Of a stretch of DNA of 64,000 nucleotides, positions 1-8,553 are shown piece by piece (the first letter of the stretch is position 1; each line of letters opens with the position of its first letter). Origin of the DNA: an uncultured Candidatus Binatia bacterium (GTDB lineage Bacteria > Desulfobacterota > Binatia > UBA9968 > JAJDTQ01); the NCBI GenBank assembly GCA_965215605.1, contig OZ244070.1, forward strand, positions 1,440,001-1,504,000, in the 5' to 3' direction. The position numbers and the translations under genes were made by a program. A model generated the notes under the pieces. It was given only the letters and a program-made list of their open reading frames with translations. It ran no database searches and was not told where the DNA came from.

Positions 1-224
1 AACTTCTTGATCTGTGTCTGGTAGGGCACTTCGTGCAGGCTCGCCCTGGCCTTGAACGCTTCCAGCAGATGTTCGGGGACCTTGAGGCTGATCAGCCTGC
101 TTCCCCGGCGAGCCGCGGGCGAATGGAGCCTGCGAAACTCGTCGAGAAACCGCAGGATGTCCGCGGGTTTCATCTGCTTGCACTGCTCCAGATACTCCTT
201 CGAGAAGTACTGCACCGGTCTCAT
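1..224 (-). CDS. BrnA/CopG-like ribbon-helix-helix antitoxin (runs off window edge)
   Basis: Manual translation from ATG at 224: MRPVQYFSKEYLEQCKQMKPADILRFLDEFRRLHSPAARRGSRLISLKVPEHLLEAFKARASLHEVPYQTQIKK. The ISLKVP...FKARA...VPYQT pattern is typical of BrnA/CopG-type RHH proteins. ATGA overlap with the upstream gene's stop. Not in the ORF track. Confidence 0.75.
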   Translation of the reverse strand, partial: MRPVQYFSKEYLEQCKQMKPADILRFLDEFRRLHSPAARRGSRLISLKVPEHLLEAFKARASLHEVPYQTQIKK

Positions 225-685
225 GAGGCGATACTCCTCAGTGCCCGAATGTCCTCGATGTCCTGCGGCCGCCCGCTTTTCTCCTTCATCCGGATCAGGT
301 CGCGGACCGCCACCACGGGCAGACGGAGCCTTCCCATCGGCAGCATGTCCACCTGCATCGCCGCGAGATCTTCCGTGATGATGATATCCACCATCTCCGT
401 GGGGTCCGCCGCATTGATGAAACTCCAGGCGATCAGATTCCGGTTGCGGATGTACTCTTCCCGGAAGTCGAACACTTCCTCCGCCTTCAGCGGCAGGCGG
501 GGTTGCAACCCCATGCGCTTCAGCGCCGATTCCGCGGCCTTGAAATTCTCGCGGGAGAACGCGAGCACCAGGTCCAGGTCCAAGGTGCCTCGCACCGCGC
601 CGTGCAGTGCGACCGCGTGCCCGCCGGCGATGGCAAAATGGACCCGGGCTTGCCGGAGCGCGGTGATCACTCGCTCTATCAACAC
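221..685 (-). CDS. Minimal Pol-beta-superfamily nucleotidyltransferase (DUF6036/AbiEii-like)
   Basis: GGHAVALHG..RGTLDLDL motif (GG...DxD) and C-terminal K..SGRPQD.ED motif. Confidence 0.8.
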   Translation of the reverse strand: MLIERVITALRQARVHFAIAGGHAVALHGAVRGTLDLDLVLAFSRENFKAAESALKRMGLQPRLPLKAEEVFDFREEYIRNRNLIAWSFINAADPTEMVDIIITEDLAAMQVDMLPMGRLRLPVVAVRDLIRMKEKSGRPQDIEDIRALRSIAS

Positions 686-689
686 ATCG

Positions 690-720
690 CGGTATATACC
701 GTTTATATATACCGAGTGAA
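690..720 (-). promoter_or_regulatory. Putative promoter with palindromic operator for the NTase/RHH pair
   Basis: Perfect palindrome CGGTATATACCG at 690-701 and a second TATATACCG at 706-714. AT-rich patch with TTCACT...TATATA on the minus strand just upstream of the start. Confidence 0.5.
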
Positions 721-727
721 AGCGCCC

Positions 728-1744
728 TCAGTCCAGTACGAACACGCACTTGCCGGTGGTGGCGCTGTCGAAGACGCGGAAGGCCTCGACGGCGTCGTCA
801 AGGGCGAAGCGGTGGGTGACCAGGTCGTCCAGGGGCACCTTCTCCTCCACCATGAAGCGGCAGATCTCGATCAACTCGGATTTGTTGAAGGTCCAGGAGC
901 CGATGATGGTAGCCACCTTGAAGATGACGTCGTCCCGGAAGTTGATGGTGGACGGGGGTCCCATGCCCACGTAGCAGCAGCGCCCGAAGGTGCGCATGGC
1001 CTTGAGGATCTGGCTGCGGCACTCCGGATTGCCGGAGGTCTCCAGCGACGCGGTCGATCCCAACCCGCCGGTGAGCTCCTTGATGGCCTCCACCGGGTCG
1101 ATGTCGGAGGCGTTGATGACGTGGTCGGCGCCGTAGGCGCGGGCCAGCTCCAGCCGCTCCGGCACCACGTCCACCGCAATGACTTTGGCGCCCATGTACT
1201 TCGCGCACAGGGTCCCGCTCAACCCCACCGGCCCCTGTCCGAAGATCGCCACCACGTCGCCGCCGGCCACGTTGATCTTCTTGAGGCCGTTCCAGGCCGT
1301 GCCGGTGCCGCAGGAGATGGCCGCGCCGCCTTCGAAGGACAGCTCTTCCGGCAGATGCACCAGCAGACGCGACGGCACCAGGATGTAGTCCGCGTTGGCG
1401 CCGTGGGCGTCCACGCCGCCGAAGGTCACGTGGCCGTGGGGGCAGGCCTGCTCGAACCCCTTGGAGCAGATCTCGCAGATGCCGCAGCCCTCGTAGTGGT
1501 GCACCACCACCCGGTCGCCCACCTTGAGCCCGGCCGGGGCGCCGGCGCCCAGTTCGTGGATGACGCCGCAGGGCTCGTGGCCGGTGATGGCGTCGATGGC
1601 CACGCCGCCGCGGTACCGGTGAAGGTCGGTGCCGCACATGCCCGAGGCGCGGATCTTCACCACCGCTTGGCCCGGCCCCGCATGGGGGTCCGGAAATTCC
1701 CGGATCTCGCACTCCCGGTTTCCCTTGAACAACACGCCGCGCAT
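728..1744 (-). CDS. Zinc-dependent alcohol dehydrogenase (MDR family)
   Basis: CGTDLH, GHE, CxxCxxC...C structural Zn site, GQGPVG Rossmann motif. Start MRGVLFKG has a GGAG RBS. Confidence 0.9.
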   Translation of the reverse strand: MRGVLFKGNRECEIREFPDPHAGPGQAVVKIRASGMCGTDLHRYRGGVAIDAITGHEPCGVIHELGAGAPAGLKVGDRVVVHHYEGCGICEICSKGFEQACPHGHVTFGGVDAHGANADYILVPSRLLVHLPEELSFEGGAAISCGTGTAWNGLKKINVAGGDVVAIFGQGPVGLSGTLCAKYMGAKVIAVDVVPERLELARAYGADHVINASDIDPVEAIKELTGGLGSTASLETSGNPECRSQILKAMRTFGRCCYVGMGPPSTINFRDDVIFKVATIIGSWTFNKSELIEICRFMVEEKVPLDDLVTHRFALDDAVEAFRVFDSATTGKCVFVLD

Positions 1745-1841
1745 AGTTTTCTCCTGTTCCGTCCGCGAGAGATTTTGATTAACGCGCGTATCACGGCCGC
1801 CGCCAACAAGGCAACCGCGACGGCCGCACAAGGCGAAAAGG

Positions 1842-1878
1842 CCTTCTGGACCCGGGCTTGACCCGTGGTCCAGAAGGG
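1842..1878. repeat. REP-like palindrome (GGGTCAAGCCCGGG family)
   Basis: Hairpin CCTTCTGGACC..GGGCTTGACCC..GGTCCAGAAGG; core shared with copies at 2315, 15415, 21396 and 27288. Confidence 0.6.
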
Positions 1879-1971
1879 GCGGAGCGGCGGGGTGACGGTG
1901 AGGAAGGGTTTGTGATATTGGCTTGGATGCCGCATGGAACGGCGGCAACCCTCGAACACAGGAGGTCGTCC

Positions 1972-2304
1972 ATGGAATTCGCAAATCTTGCGGAGAAGGC
2001 GGACAAGGAACAGCGGTTTACGCGACTCTTCGGAACGGAGAAGTCCTGCACCTGGATGCTTCACTTCATGCCCGGCGATCACACGGACATGCACTTTCAC
2101 GCCGAGCCGGAGACCTTTCTGGTGGTCGAAGGCAAGGCCAGCGTCAAGGATATCAACGGGGGTGAGCGCATCATCGAGCAGGGCGAGGTGGTCTTCTTCC
2201 CCGCCAAGGACTACTACCAGATCACCAACGTAGGCACCGGCCGTCTGCTCCTCTACGGCAACCGCCCCGAACCCTTCGGCGGCGTCCACGTCACCGCGAA
2301 ATAG
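1972..2304 (+). CDS. Cupin domain protein
   Basis: HFH...E and H/Y-containing cupin motifs; GGAGG RBS before MEFANL. Confidence 0.85.
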   Translation: MEFANLAEKADKEQRFTRLFGTEKSCTWMLHFMPGDHTDMHFHAEPETFLVVEGKASVKDINGGERIIEQGEVVFFPAKDYYQITNVGTGRLLLYGNRPEPFGGVHVTAK

Positions 2305-2314
2305 ACCGGACCGC

Positions 2315-2340
2315 CTGGACCCCGGGTCAAGCCCGGGGGC
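2315..2340. repeat. REP-like palindrome
   Basis: CTGGACCCCGGGTCAAGCCCGGGG, intergenic. Confidence 0.65.
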
Positions 2341-2358
2341 GCGGCTGCGGGGGAGACG

Positions 2359-3153
2359 ATGGTGCAGGCATGGGTGACCTGGCCTGTCAAGGAGATGCTT
2401 GTGGTGAACGATACGTCGCGGTCGAAGAGCCGGTATCTGGTGGGCTCGGTTTGGCCTACGAACCGTACAGGGGTGCTTGGGGACAAGGAGCTGGACCCGA
2501 AGCTGCCGCCGAGCATAGAGATGGTGCACCTGAGCATGGAGTTCACTCGGGGCAACCAGGACGAGTTCCGGGCTTCCATGCCCGGCTACGAGGCCAAGGC
2601 GGCCGAGCTGGCGGTGCTGAAACCGGACCTGATCCGGGTCATCGGGGCGCCGCCGTTCATGCTGCTGGGGTACGAGGGCGAACGCGAGACCATCCGGGCC
2701 TGGGAGAGCCGCTACGGCATCCCCATGATAACGTCGGGAATGAACCACGTGCGCGCATTCCGCACCCTGGGGGTGCGGCGGATCGTGGGCGCGAGCTACT
2801 TTCCCGAGGAGTTGAACGCCCTGTTCCGCGCCTACCTCACCGACGCCGGCTTCGAGGTGCTGGGAATGGAGGGCATCGACGTGCCCTTCGCCGACGTGCC
2901 CAAGGTGCCCGCCTCGGAGATCCAGCGGCAGCTTACGGGCATGTTCGCCCGGCATCCGGGGGGCGAATGCATTTACATGCTGGGTTCGGCCTGGAAGACC
3001 CTGGACATCATCGAACCGCTGGAGGCCGGCCTCGGGGTGCCGGTGGTGCACGCGCTGCCGGCGCGCTGCTGGGAGACCCAGATGCGCTTGGGCGTGCGGC
3101 AACCGATTCCGGGGTACGGGCGGCTGCTGGCGGAGATGCCCGAGCCGGCGTGA
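2359..3153 (+). CDS. Maleate cis-trans isomerase/arylmalonate decarboxylase (Asp/Glu racemase) family protein
   Basis: Fold-typical segments (LGVRRIV..SY...LN..F..YL..AGFEV; IEPLEAGLGVPVV; GYGRLL). True start may be about 2395-2407. Confidence 0.75.
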   Translation: MVQAWVTWPVKEMLVVNDTSRSKSRYLVGSVWPTNRTGVLGDKELDPKLPPSIEMVHLSMEFTRGNQDEFRASMPGYEAKAAELAVLKPDLIRVIGAPPFMLLGYEGERETIRAWESRYGIPMITSGMNHVRAFRTLGVRRIVGASYFPEELNALFRAYLTDAGFEVLGMEGIDVPFADVPKVPASEIQRQLTGMFARHPGGECIYMLGSAWKTLDIIEPLEAGLGVPVVHALPARCWETQMRLGVRQPIPGYGRLLAEMPEPA

Positions 3154-3279
3154 GGCCGGGCGGGGTCCGCAAGGCGCGCCATCTCGCGGCCCTTCGGCTA
3201 ATCTGGTACACACTTGTGAAGTCCCGTCACGGGACTCGCGGTTACGCGGGTCCATCCACACTTGCAGGGAGGAATCGAA

Positions 3280-3570
3280 ATGTCATTGCGACTCATCGTC
3301 ACTATCAATGCGGTCGAGGGTAAGGGCGCGGAGCTTGCCGATGCTTATCGGGGGCGCTGCGAGGAAGTCATGAAGGAGCCGGGGTGCGAGCAATTCGAGG
3401 TGTTCCGGAGCGCCGTGAACCCGGACAAGCTGTTGCTGGTGGAGCGCTGGGTCGACCAGGCCTCGCTGGACGTCCACGCGCAGGTGAACACCACCCGGGC
3501 GCCGCTCCTGCCGGAGTTTCGGTCCGGCGCCACCGAGCGCGAAGACTACGAGTACAACCGCACCCGCTGA
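3280..3570 (+). CDS. Antibiotic biosynthesis monooxygenase (ABM) family protein
   Basis: EPGC..FEV...LVERW....LDVH pattern; GGAGG RBS. Confidence 0.85.
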   Translation: MSLRLIVTINAVEGKGAELADAYRGRCEEVMKEPGCEQFEVFRSAVNPDKLLLVERWVDQASLDVHAQVNTTRAPLLPEFRSGATEREDYEYNRTR

Positions 3571-3601
3571 AGCGAACACTACACTGGAAAGGTCCTGCCC
3601 C

Positions 3602-4783
3602 ATGCCCGGAGCACTGGAAGGCATCAAGATCCTCGACATCACCAACTACATCGCCGGCCCCTACGCGTCGCTCTTGCTGGCCGACCTGGGGGCGGACGTG
3701 ACCAAGATCGAGACTCCCGGCAAGGGGGATCCGTTCCGCACCTGGGACAAGGAGCCCAGGAACTACAGCCCGAGCTTCTGTGCCCTCAACCGCAACAAGA
3801 AGAGCCTCACCCTGGACATGAAGGCGCCGGAGGGCAAGGAGGTGTTCCTGAAGCTGGCCCGGGACGCCGACGTGATCGTCGAGAACCTCCGGCCCGGCGT
3901 GGTGGATCGTCTCGGCATCGGCTACGACGTGGTGCGCGAGATGAACCCGCGCATCATCTACTGCTCCATATCCGCCTTCGGACAGGACGGCCCGTACCGG
4001 AAGCGGCCCGGCTACGACACCATCGGCCAGTCCCTGAGCGGGCTCCTGAGCGTACTCACGGAGCTGGACAAGCCCCACGGCCCGGGCGCCGCCTTCTCCG
4101 ATCATCTCGGGGGCGTCTTCGGCTGCTACGGCGTGCTGGCGGCGCTGGCCGCCCGGGAGCGGACCGGCGCCGGACAGAAGGTGGAGACGTCGCTGCTGGA
4201 GTCCACCATCTGCTTCCTGGGGCTCGGCCTCACACAGTTTCTTTTCAGCGGCCAGGTACACAGCATGCGAAGCCGCACCAAGACCGCCGGCGTCTACGCG
4301 CTGGTGGCGGGCGACGGCAAACCTTTCGTCATCCACCTTTCGCATCCGCCAAAGTTCTGGATCGGCGTCACCGAGGTCATGGGCCGGCCGGACTTCCAGA
4401 CCGACGAGCGCACCAAGGACCGCCCGGCGCGGGCGCAGAACTACGACTTCATCTCCGAGACCTTCGGCGCCGTGGTGCAATCGGCGCCACGGGACCACTG
4501 GCTGAAGGAACTGGAAGCCAGGGACGTTCCCTGCGCCCCCATCAACAACTTCGCCGAGGTCTTCGAGGATCCCCAGGTCAAATACCTGGACCGCCTGATG
4601 GAGGTGGACCATCCCGACTTCGGCCCCTTCAAGCTGGTGCGCAACGGCCTCAACCTGCTGGACACCCCCGTCACCCTCCGGCTCAAGCCGCCCAAGCTGG
4701 GCGAGCACAACGAGGAGACCCTGACGGAACTGGGCTACGGCCCCGAGGAGATCCGTTCCTTCCGGGAAAGAAACATCGTATGA
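3602..4783 (+). CDS. CaiB/BaiF family (class III) CoA transferase
   Basis: IAGPYASLLLADLGADV, NRNKKS, ENLRPG, GYD motifs. Confidence 0.95.
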   Translation: MPGALEGIKILDITNYIAGPYASLLLADLGADVTKIETPGKGDPFRTWDKEPRNYSPSFCALNRNKKSLTLDMKAPEGKEVFLKLARDADVIVENLRPGVVDRLGIGYDVVREMNPRIIYCSISAFGQDGPYRKRPGYDTIGQSLSGLLSVLTELDKPHGPGAAFSDHLGGVFGCYGVLAALAARERTGAGQKVETSLLESTICFLGLGLTQFLFSGQVHSMRSRTKTAGVYALVAGDGKPFVIHLSHPPKFWIGVTEVMGRPDFQTDERTKDRPARAQNYDFISETFGAVVQSAPRDHWLKELEARDVPCAPINNFAEVFEDPQVKYLDRLMEVDHPDFGPFKLVRNGLNLLDTPVTLRLKPPKLGEHNEETLTELGYGPEEIRSFRERNIV

Positions 4784-4817
4784 CGGGCGCCTTGTCCCGG
4801 CACCGCGGCCGGCGTCC

Positions 4818-5909
4818 ATGAGCCTCCGTTCCCGGGCCGTGGCGGAGTTGCGCCGGAGCCTGGCGGATCTCCGGGAGCGCCTCCCCGCCATCCTCGCCGC
4901 CCTGGCGGTGGGCGTTCCGGCGGGGTACGCCTGCGCCGCCATCGACCTGCCCATCCCCTGGATGATCGGGCCCATGGTGGCCGTGGCCGTGCTCAACCTC
5001 CGGGGGGTCGCCATGGACTCGCCGCCCTATGCGCGGCAGATGGGCCAGGTGCTGCTCGGTTCGGGAATAGCCCTCTACTTCACCCCGCCGGTGGTGACGG
5101 CGCTGGCCAGCTACTGGCTGCCCATCGTCCTGTCCACCCTGTCCACCTTCCTGATCGGAGCGCTGGGGGCGGTGATCCTCAGCCGGGTGTCGGGGGTCGA
5201 GACCCGCTCCACGTTCTTCGCGTCCATCCCGGGCGGCGCCATGGCCATGGCCAACCTGGCCCACCGGTACGGCGCGCAGATCGCGCCGGTGGCGGTGGCC
5301 CACAGCCTGCGCGTCTCCATCCTGGTCCTGGTCATCCCCTTCGCCCTGACCTACGGCGGCATCCCGCTGGAGACCGGCGACTACAAGCCCACGGTGCCGC
5401 TGGACGTGGCCGTGCTGGTGCCCTGGCTGCTGGCGGGGTTCGTGCTGGGGGAGATTTCCGAGCGCCTGCACATGCACAACGGCTACCTGCTCATGCCGAT
5501 CTTCTTCGGCGCGGCCTTCACGGTGAGCGAGGTGCCGCTCTCGGCGGTGCCGGACTGGATGACCAACTTCGCCCAGCTCATGTTCGGCCTGGTGCTCGGG
5601 GCGCGCTACGAACGGGCGTTCTTCGCGCGCTACAAGCTGTTCATCCCGTTCGCGCTGCTGAACTCGTTTTTCGTGCTGGCGGCCTCCATGGTGGTGGCCG
5701 TGGCCCTGGCCTGGGGCTTCCGGCTCCCCATTGCCACGATGATCATCTCCACCTCGCCCGGCGGGCTGGCGGAGATGGCCATCACCGCCCAGGCCTTGCA
5801 GATCGGCGTCCCCGCGGTGATCGCGTTTCATCTGGCCCGGGTGGTGGTGGTAAACATGGGGACGCAGCACATCTACGTCGCCGGCACCCGGTGGCGGCGG
5901 CGCGGGTGA
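4818..5909 (+). CDS. AbrB-family membrane protein (putative ammonia monooxygenase annotation)
   Basis: Duplicated hydrophobic halves with IPWMIGP, IPGGA.AM and SPGGLAEM motifs. Confidence 0.85.
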   Translation: MSLRSRAVAELRRSLADLRERLPAILAALAVGVPAGYACAAIDLPIPWMIGPMVAVAVLNLRGVAMDSPPYARQMGQVLLGSGIALYFTPPVVTALASYWLPIVLSTLSTFLIGALGAVILSRVSGVETRSTFFASIPGGAMAMANLAHRYGAQIAPVAVAHSLRVSILVLVIPFALTYGGIPLETGDYKPTVPLDVAVLVPWLLAGFVLGEISERLHMHNGYLLMPIFFGAAFTVSEVPLSAVPDWMTNFAQLMFGLVLGARYERAFFARYKLFIPFALLNSFFVLAASMVVAVALAWGFRLPIATMIISTSPGGLAEMAITAQALQIGVPAVIAFHLARVVVVNMGTQHIYVAGTRWRRRG

Positions 5910-5935
5910 CCGGTGATCCCCACCGAGGAGGCATC

Positions 5936-6817
5936 ATGGAAGAGAAGATCCGTTTCTACAGCGGCCCCGGCTACGCCCTCTCCGGCGTGCTGTCCGTCCC
6001 CGATTCCCGCGACCGCTCGCAACCCCGCCCGGGGGTCGTCCTGTGCCAGGGCTACGCCGGCCTCAAGGAGTCCCTCATGCCCGCGGTGGCCGCGCGCCTG
6101 TCCGCCGAGGGGTACGCGACGCTGCGCTTCGACTACCGCGGCTTCGGCGAGAGCGAGGGGCCGCGGCACCGCCTGATTCCCTTGGAGCAGATCGAGGACA
6201 TCCGCAACGGCCTCACCTGCCTGGGCGTGCGCGACGAGGTGGACCCCGGGCGGCTGGCCGTCTGGGGCACCAGCTTCGGCGGCGCCCACGCCGCCTACGC
6301 GGCCGCCGTGGACGAACGCGTCCGCTGCATCGTCAGCGTCGTGGGCGTAGGCGACGGCGAGCGCTGGCTCCGTTGCCTGCGCCGGGAGTGGGAGTGGCAG
6401 GCGTTCGTGAATGAACTGGAGGAGGACCGGGACCGCCGGGTCCTGAGCGGACAGTCCCGGCGCGTGCACCCCTACCACATCATGGAAACCACGCCCGAGG
6501 GATGGGAATTCTGGAACGAGACCGTGGCCGCCAACCCCGAGAGAGGCCAGGTCGAGATGCCGCTGGAGTGCGCCGACGCCATCATCGAGTACAAGCCCGA
6601 GACCATCGCCCACGAGATGACGAGCCCGGCCCTGTACGTATCCGCCGAACTCGACAGCCTGACCCCTCTCGACGAGCAGTTGAGCCTTTACGACTGTTCA
6701 CCCGAGCCCAAACACTACGAGGTGATTCCCGGCGTCAACCACCACGACGTCTACAAGGAGCCGCACCTGACCCACCTGCTGGACCTGTCGGTGGACTGGC
6801 TCAACGAGCACCTGTGA
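5936..6817 (+). CDS. Alpha/beta hydrolase (S9/S15-like)
   Basis: FDYRGFGES, GTSFG nucleophile elbow, D and H triad residues; GAGGAGG RBS. Confidence 0.88.
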   Translation: MEEKIRFYSGPGYALSGVLSVPDSRDRSQPRPGVVLCQGYAGLKESLMPAVAARLSAEGYATLRFDYRGFGESEGPRHRLIPLEQIEDIRNGLTCLGVRDEVDPGRLAVWGTSFGGAHAAYAAAVDERVRCIVSVVGVGDGERWLRCLRREWEWQAFVNELEEDRDRRVLSGQSRRVHPYHIMETTPEGWEFWNETVAANPERGQVEMPLECADAIIEYKPETIAHEMTSPALYVSAELDSLTPLDEQLSLYDCSPEPKHYEVIPGVNHHDVYKEPHLTHLLDLSVDWLNEHL

Positions 6818-6869
6818 ACCCATGACGTGATCGGTATCGTTCATGGTCCGATGACGCATGGCCGGCCCG

Positions 6870-7886
6870 TCACCCGCCCGACGGCTCGTCGGTCGCCGGG
6901 GCCACATGGCAACGCGGCACGGTCAGGAGGGTCTCCCCGGGTTCCGCGCCGGTCCGAGCCGTTTCCAGAACGACCTCGCAGGGGGTGACGGCCCTGACCC
7001 GGATGCGGCGGCCGTCAAGCCGGGAGCCCGGTTGGACGACGTGGCCGTAACCCTCGGCATCCCTCACCAGCGCCACGGCGGCGCGCTCCTGCCAGACGAT
7101 GCCCACCGCCCGGAATCGCGGCGCGGGGTCGGGAGCCGGAAGCAGGTCCGGGGCCGCTTCCGGCTCCGGCGGGCCGTCCGGGAACGGCAGCACGGGGGAG
7201 CGGTAGGGCTGGAACGGGTCCCGTCGAGGCGGCGGGAGCGTTCCGGCCGGGGCCTGCGCCTCCGTGGCGGCGGCGCCCCCGGGCTCCGGCACGGCCACCC
7301 CCACGTTTACCGTGGCGGCGGCCTCTTCCACGGGCCGCATCCGCAACGTGGCCATGTCCAGCGTGATGCGGAGGACGGTACGGCCGTCCTCCACGTCAGC
7401 CGCCTCCACGGCCAGGTTCCTCGGGGTCGTCAGGCGGCGCGGTCCCGGGGAGCGTTCGAGGAACTTCAGGAGATCGTGGAAGCCCCCTTCGAGCTCCACC
7501 TTCATGGGATGCTCGGTGAAATGCTCGCCCTCGACGGCTGCGCCCGGGTGCAAACGGACCACCTCGAGCCCGGCCGCGGCCGCCCGCACGTTCACGCTCT
7601 CCAGCACCGAAGACGGCTCGCCGGCCCGTGCCAGGCGCCGCTGCAACTCCCGCCGCAGCCCGGCCAGCTCCTCGCGGAGTTGCGGCAGGCGGCCCAGCTC
7701 CCGGCGCAACCGCGCCTCGTCGAGGCGGGCGAGGTCGAGATCCGCCGCGGCCCGGGCCAGGCGGCCCGCCTGGGGACGGTGCACCAGGACATGGTCCAGT
7801 GCCCCCAGCAAGAGGATGCTCCCCAGAACCAACAGGATTTGCTGGACCAGGGAGCGTTCGAGCAGGAGGTCGAGGTAGTAGCGCAT
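6870..7886 (-). CDS. pilO: Type IV pilus PilO-PilP fusion protein
   Basis: N-terminal TM, coiled coil and GGFHDLLKFL (PilO). Pro/Ala linker, then RDPFQP...VGIVW...ALVRDAEGYGHVV.PG (PilP). Follows pilM and pilN. Confidence 0.75.
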   Translation of the reverse strand: MRYYLDLLLERSLVQQILLVLGSILLLGALDHVLVHRPQAGRLARAAADLDLARLDEARLRRELGRLPQLREELAGLRRELQRRLARAGEPSSVLESVNVRAAAAGLEVVRLHPGAAVEGEHFTEHPMKVELEGGFHDLLKFLERSPGPRRLTTPRNLAVEAADVEDGRTVLRITLDMATLRMRPVEEAAATVNVGVAVPEPGGAAATEAQAPAGTLPPPRRDPFQPYRSPVLPFPDGPPEPEAAPDLLPAPDPAPRFRAVGIVWQERAAVALVRDAEGYGHVVQPGSRLDGRRIRVRAVTPCEVVLETARTGAEPGETLLTVPRCHVAPATDEPSGG

Positions 7887-7942
7887 GATGGACTCAACGG
7901 TTGCCGTTCCCCGCCGGGATCACGGAAACTTGAAGGGCTCGG

Positions 7943-8509
7943 TCAGTCGCGGGGCGGCGCGGGAACCGGAGGCAGCCCGTTTCGCCCGTGAACGACGAAG
8001 CGCCTCAGGCCCTCTCCCTCCGTTGCCTCACCGGCCTCCATGAGGTCACGGGCCTCGAACGTGCCGGCGAGGGCGCGCAGGAACCCGGCAATGGAGTCGT
8101 CGTCCATGGCCTGTCCCTCCAGCACCGTCGCGTCGCCGGACTCGGCGTAGCGGGTGAGCCACAGCCTCTCCGGAACCGCGGTCGAGAGCCCGCGCAGCAC
8201 CCGCGGATGCTCGGCCCGCCGCTCAAGCCAATCAGCGACGGCGCGGCTCTTCAGACGCGCCTGCTTCACCGTCTCTTCCAGGATCTTGACATCCCTGGAC
8301 CTCACGCGCAGGGCCGCCACTTTCTGCCGGAGAGCCGCGAGGTCGGACTCCAGGGCGTTGCCCCTGCGGTGCTGAGAGAGGTTGCCGGCAGCCAGCGCCC
8401 CGGCGGCCAACAGCAGGGCGGCGGCGCCGGCCAGGAGGACCCGGCGTTTGCGCCGCAGCTCCCGAATCTCCCGGGTCGGCAGCAGGTTGACACGGATCGA
8501 GGCGCTCAT
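7943..8509 (-). CDS. pilN: Type IV pilus alignment protein PilN
   Basis: IRVNLLP PilM-binding motif, TM, coiled coil, VPERLWLT, G.A....IAGFLRAL. Confidence 0.85.
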   Translation of the reverse strand: MSASIRVNLLPTREIRELRRKRRVLLAGAAALLLAAGALAAGNLSQHRRGNALESDLAALRQKVAALRVRSRDVKILEETVKQARLKSRAVADWLERRAEHPRVLRGLSTAVPERLWLTRYAESGDATVLEGQAMDDDSIAGFLRALAGTFEARDLMEAGEATEGEGLRRFVVHGRNGLPPVPAPPRD

Positions 8510-8553
8510 GGGATCCCCCCTTGCCGCGCTGAAGGCGCCCTCCTTCCCGCTTG

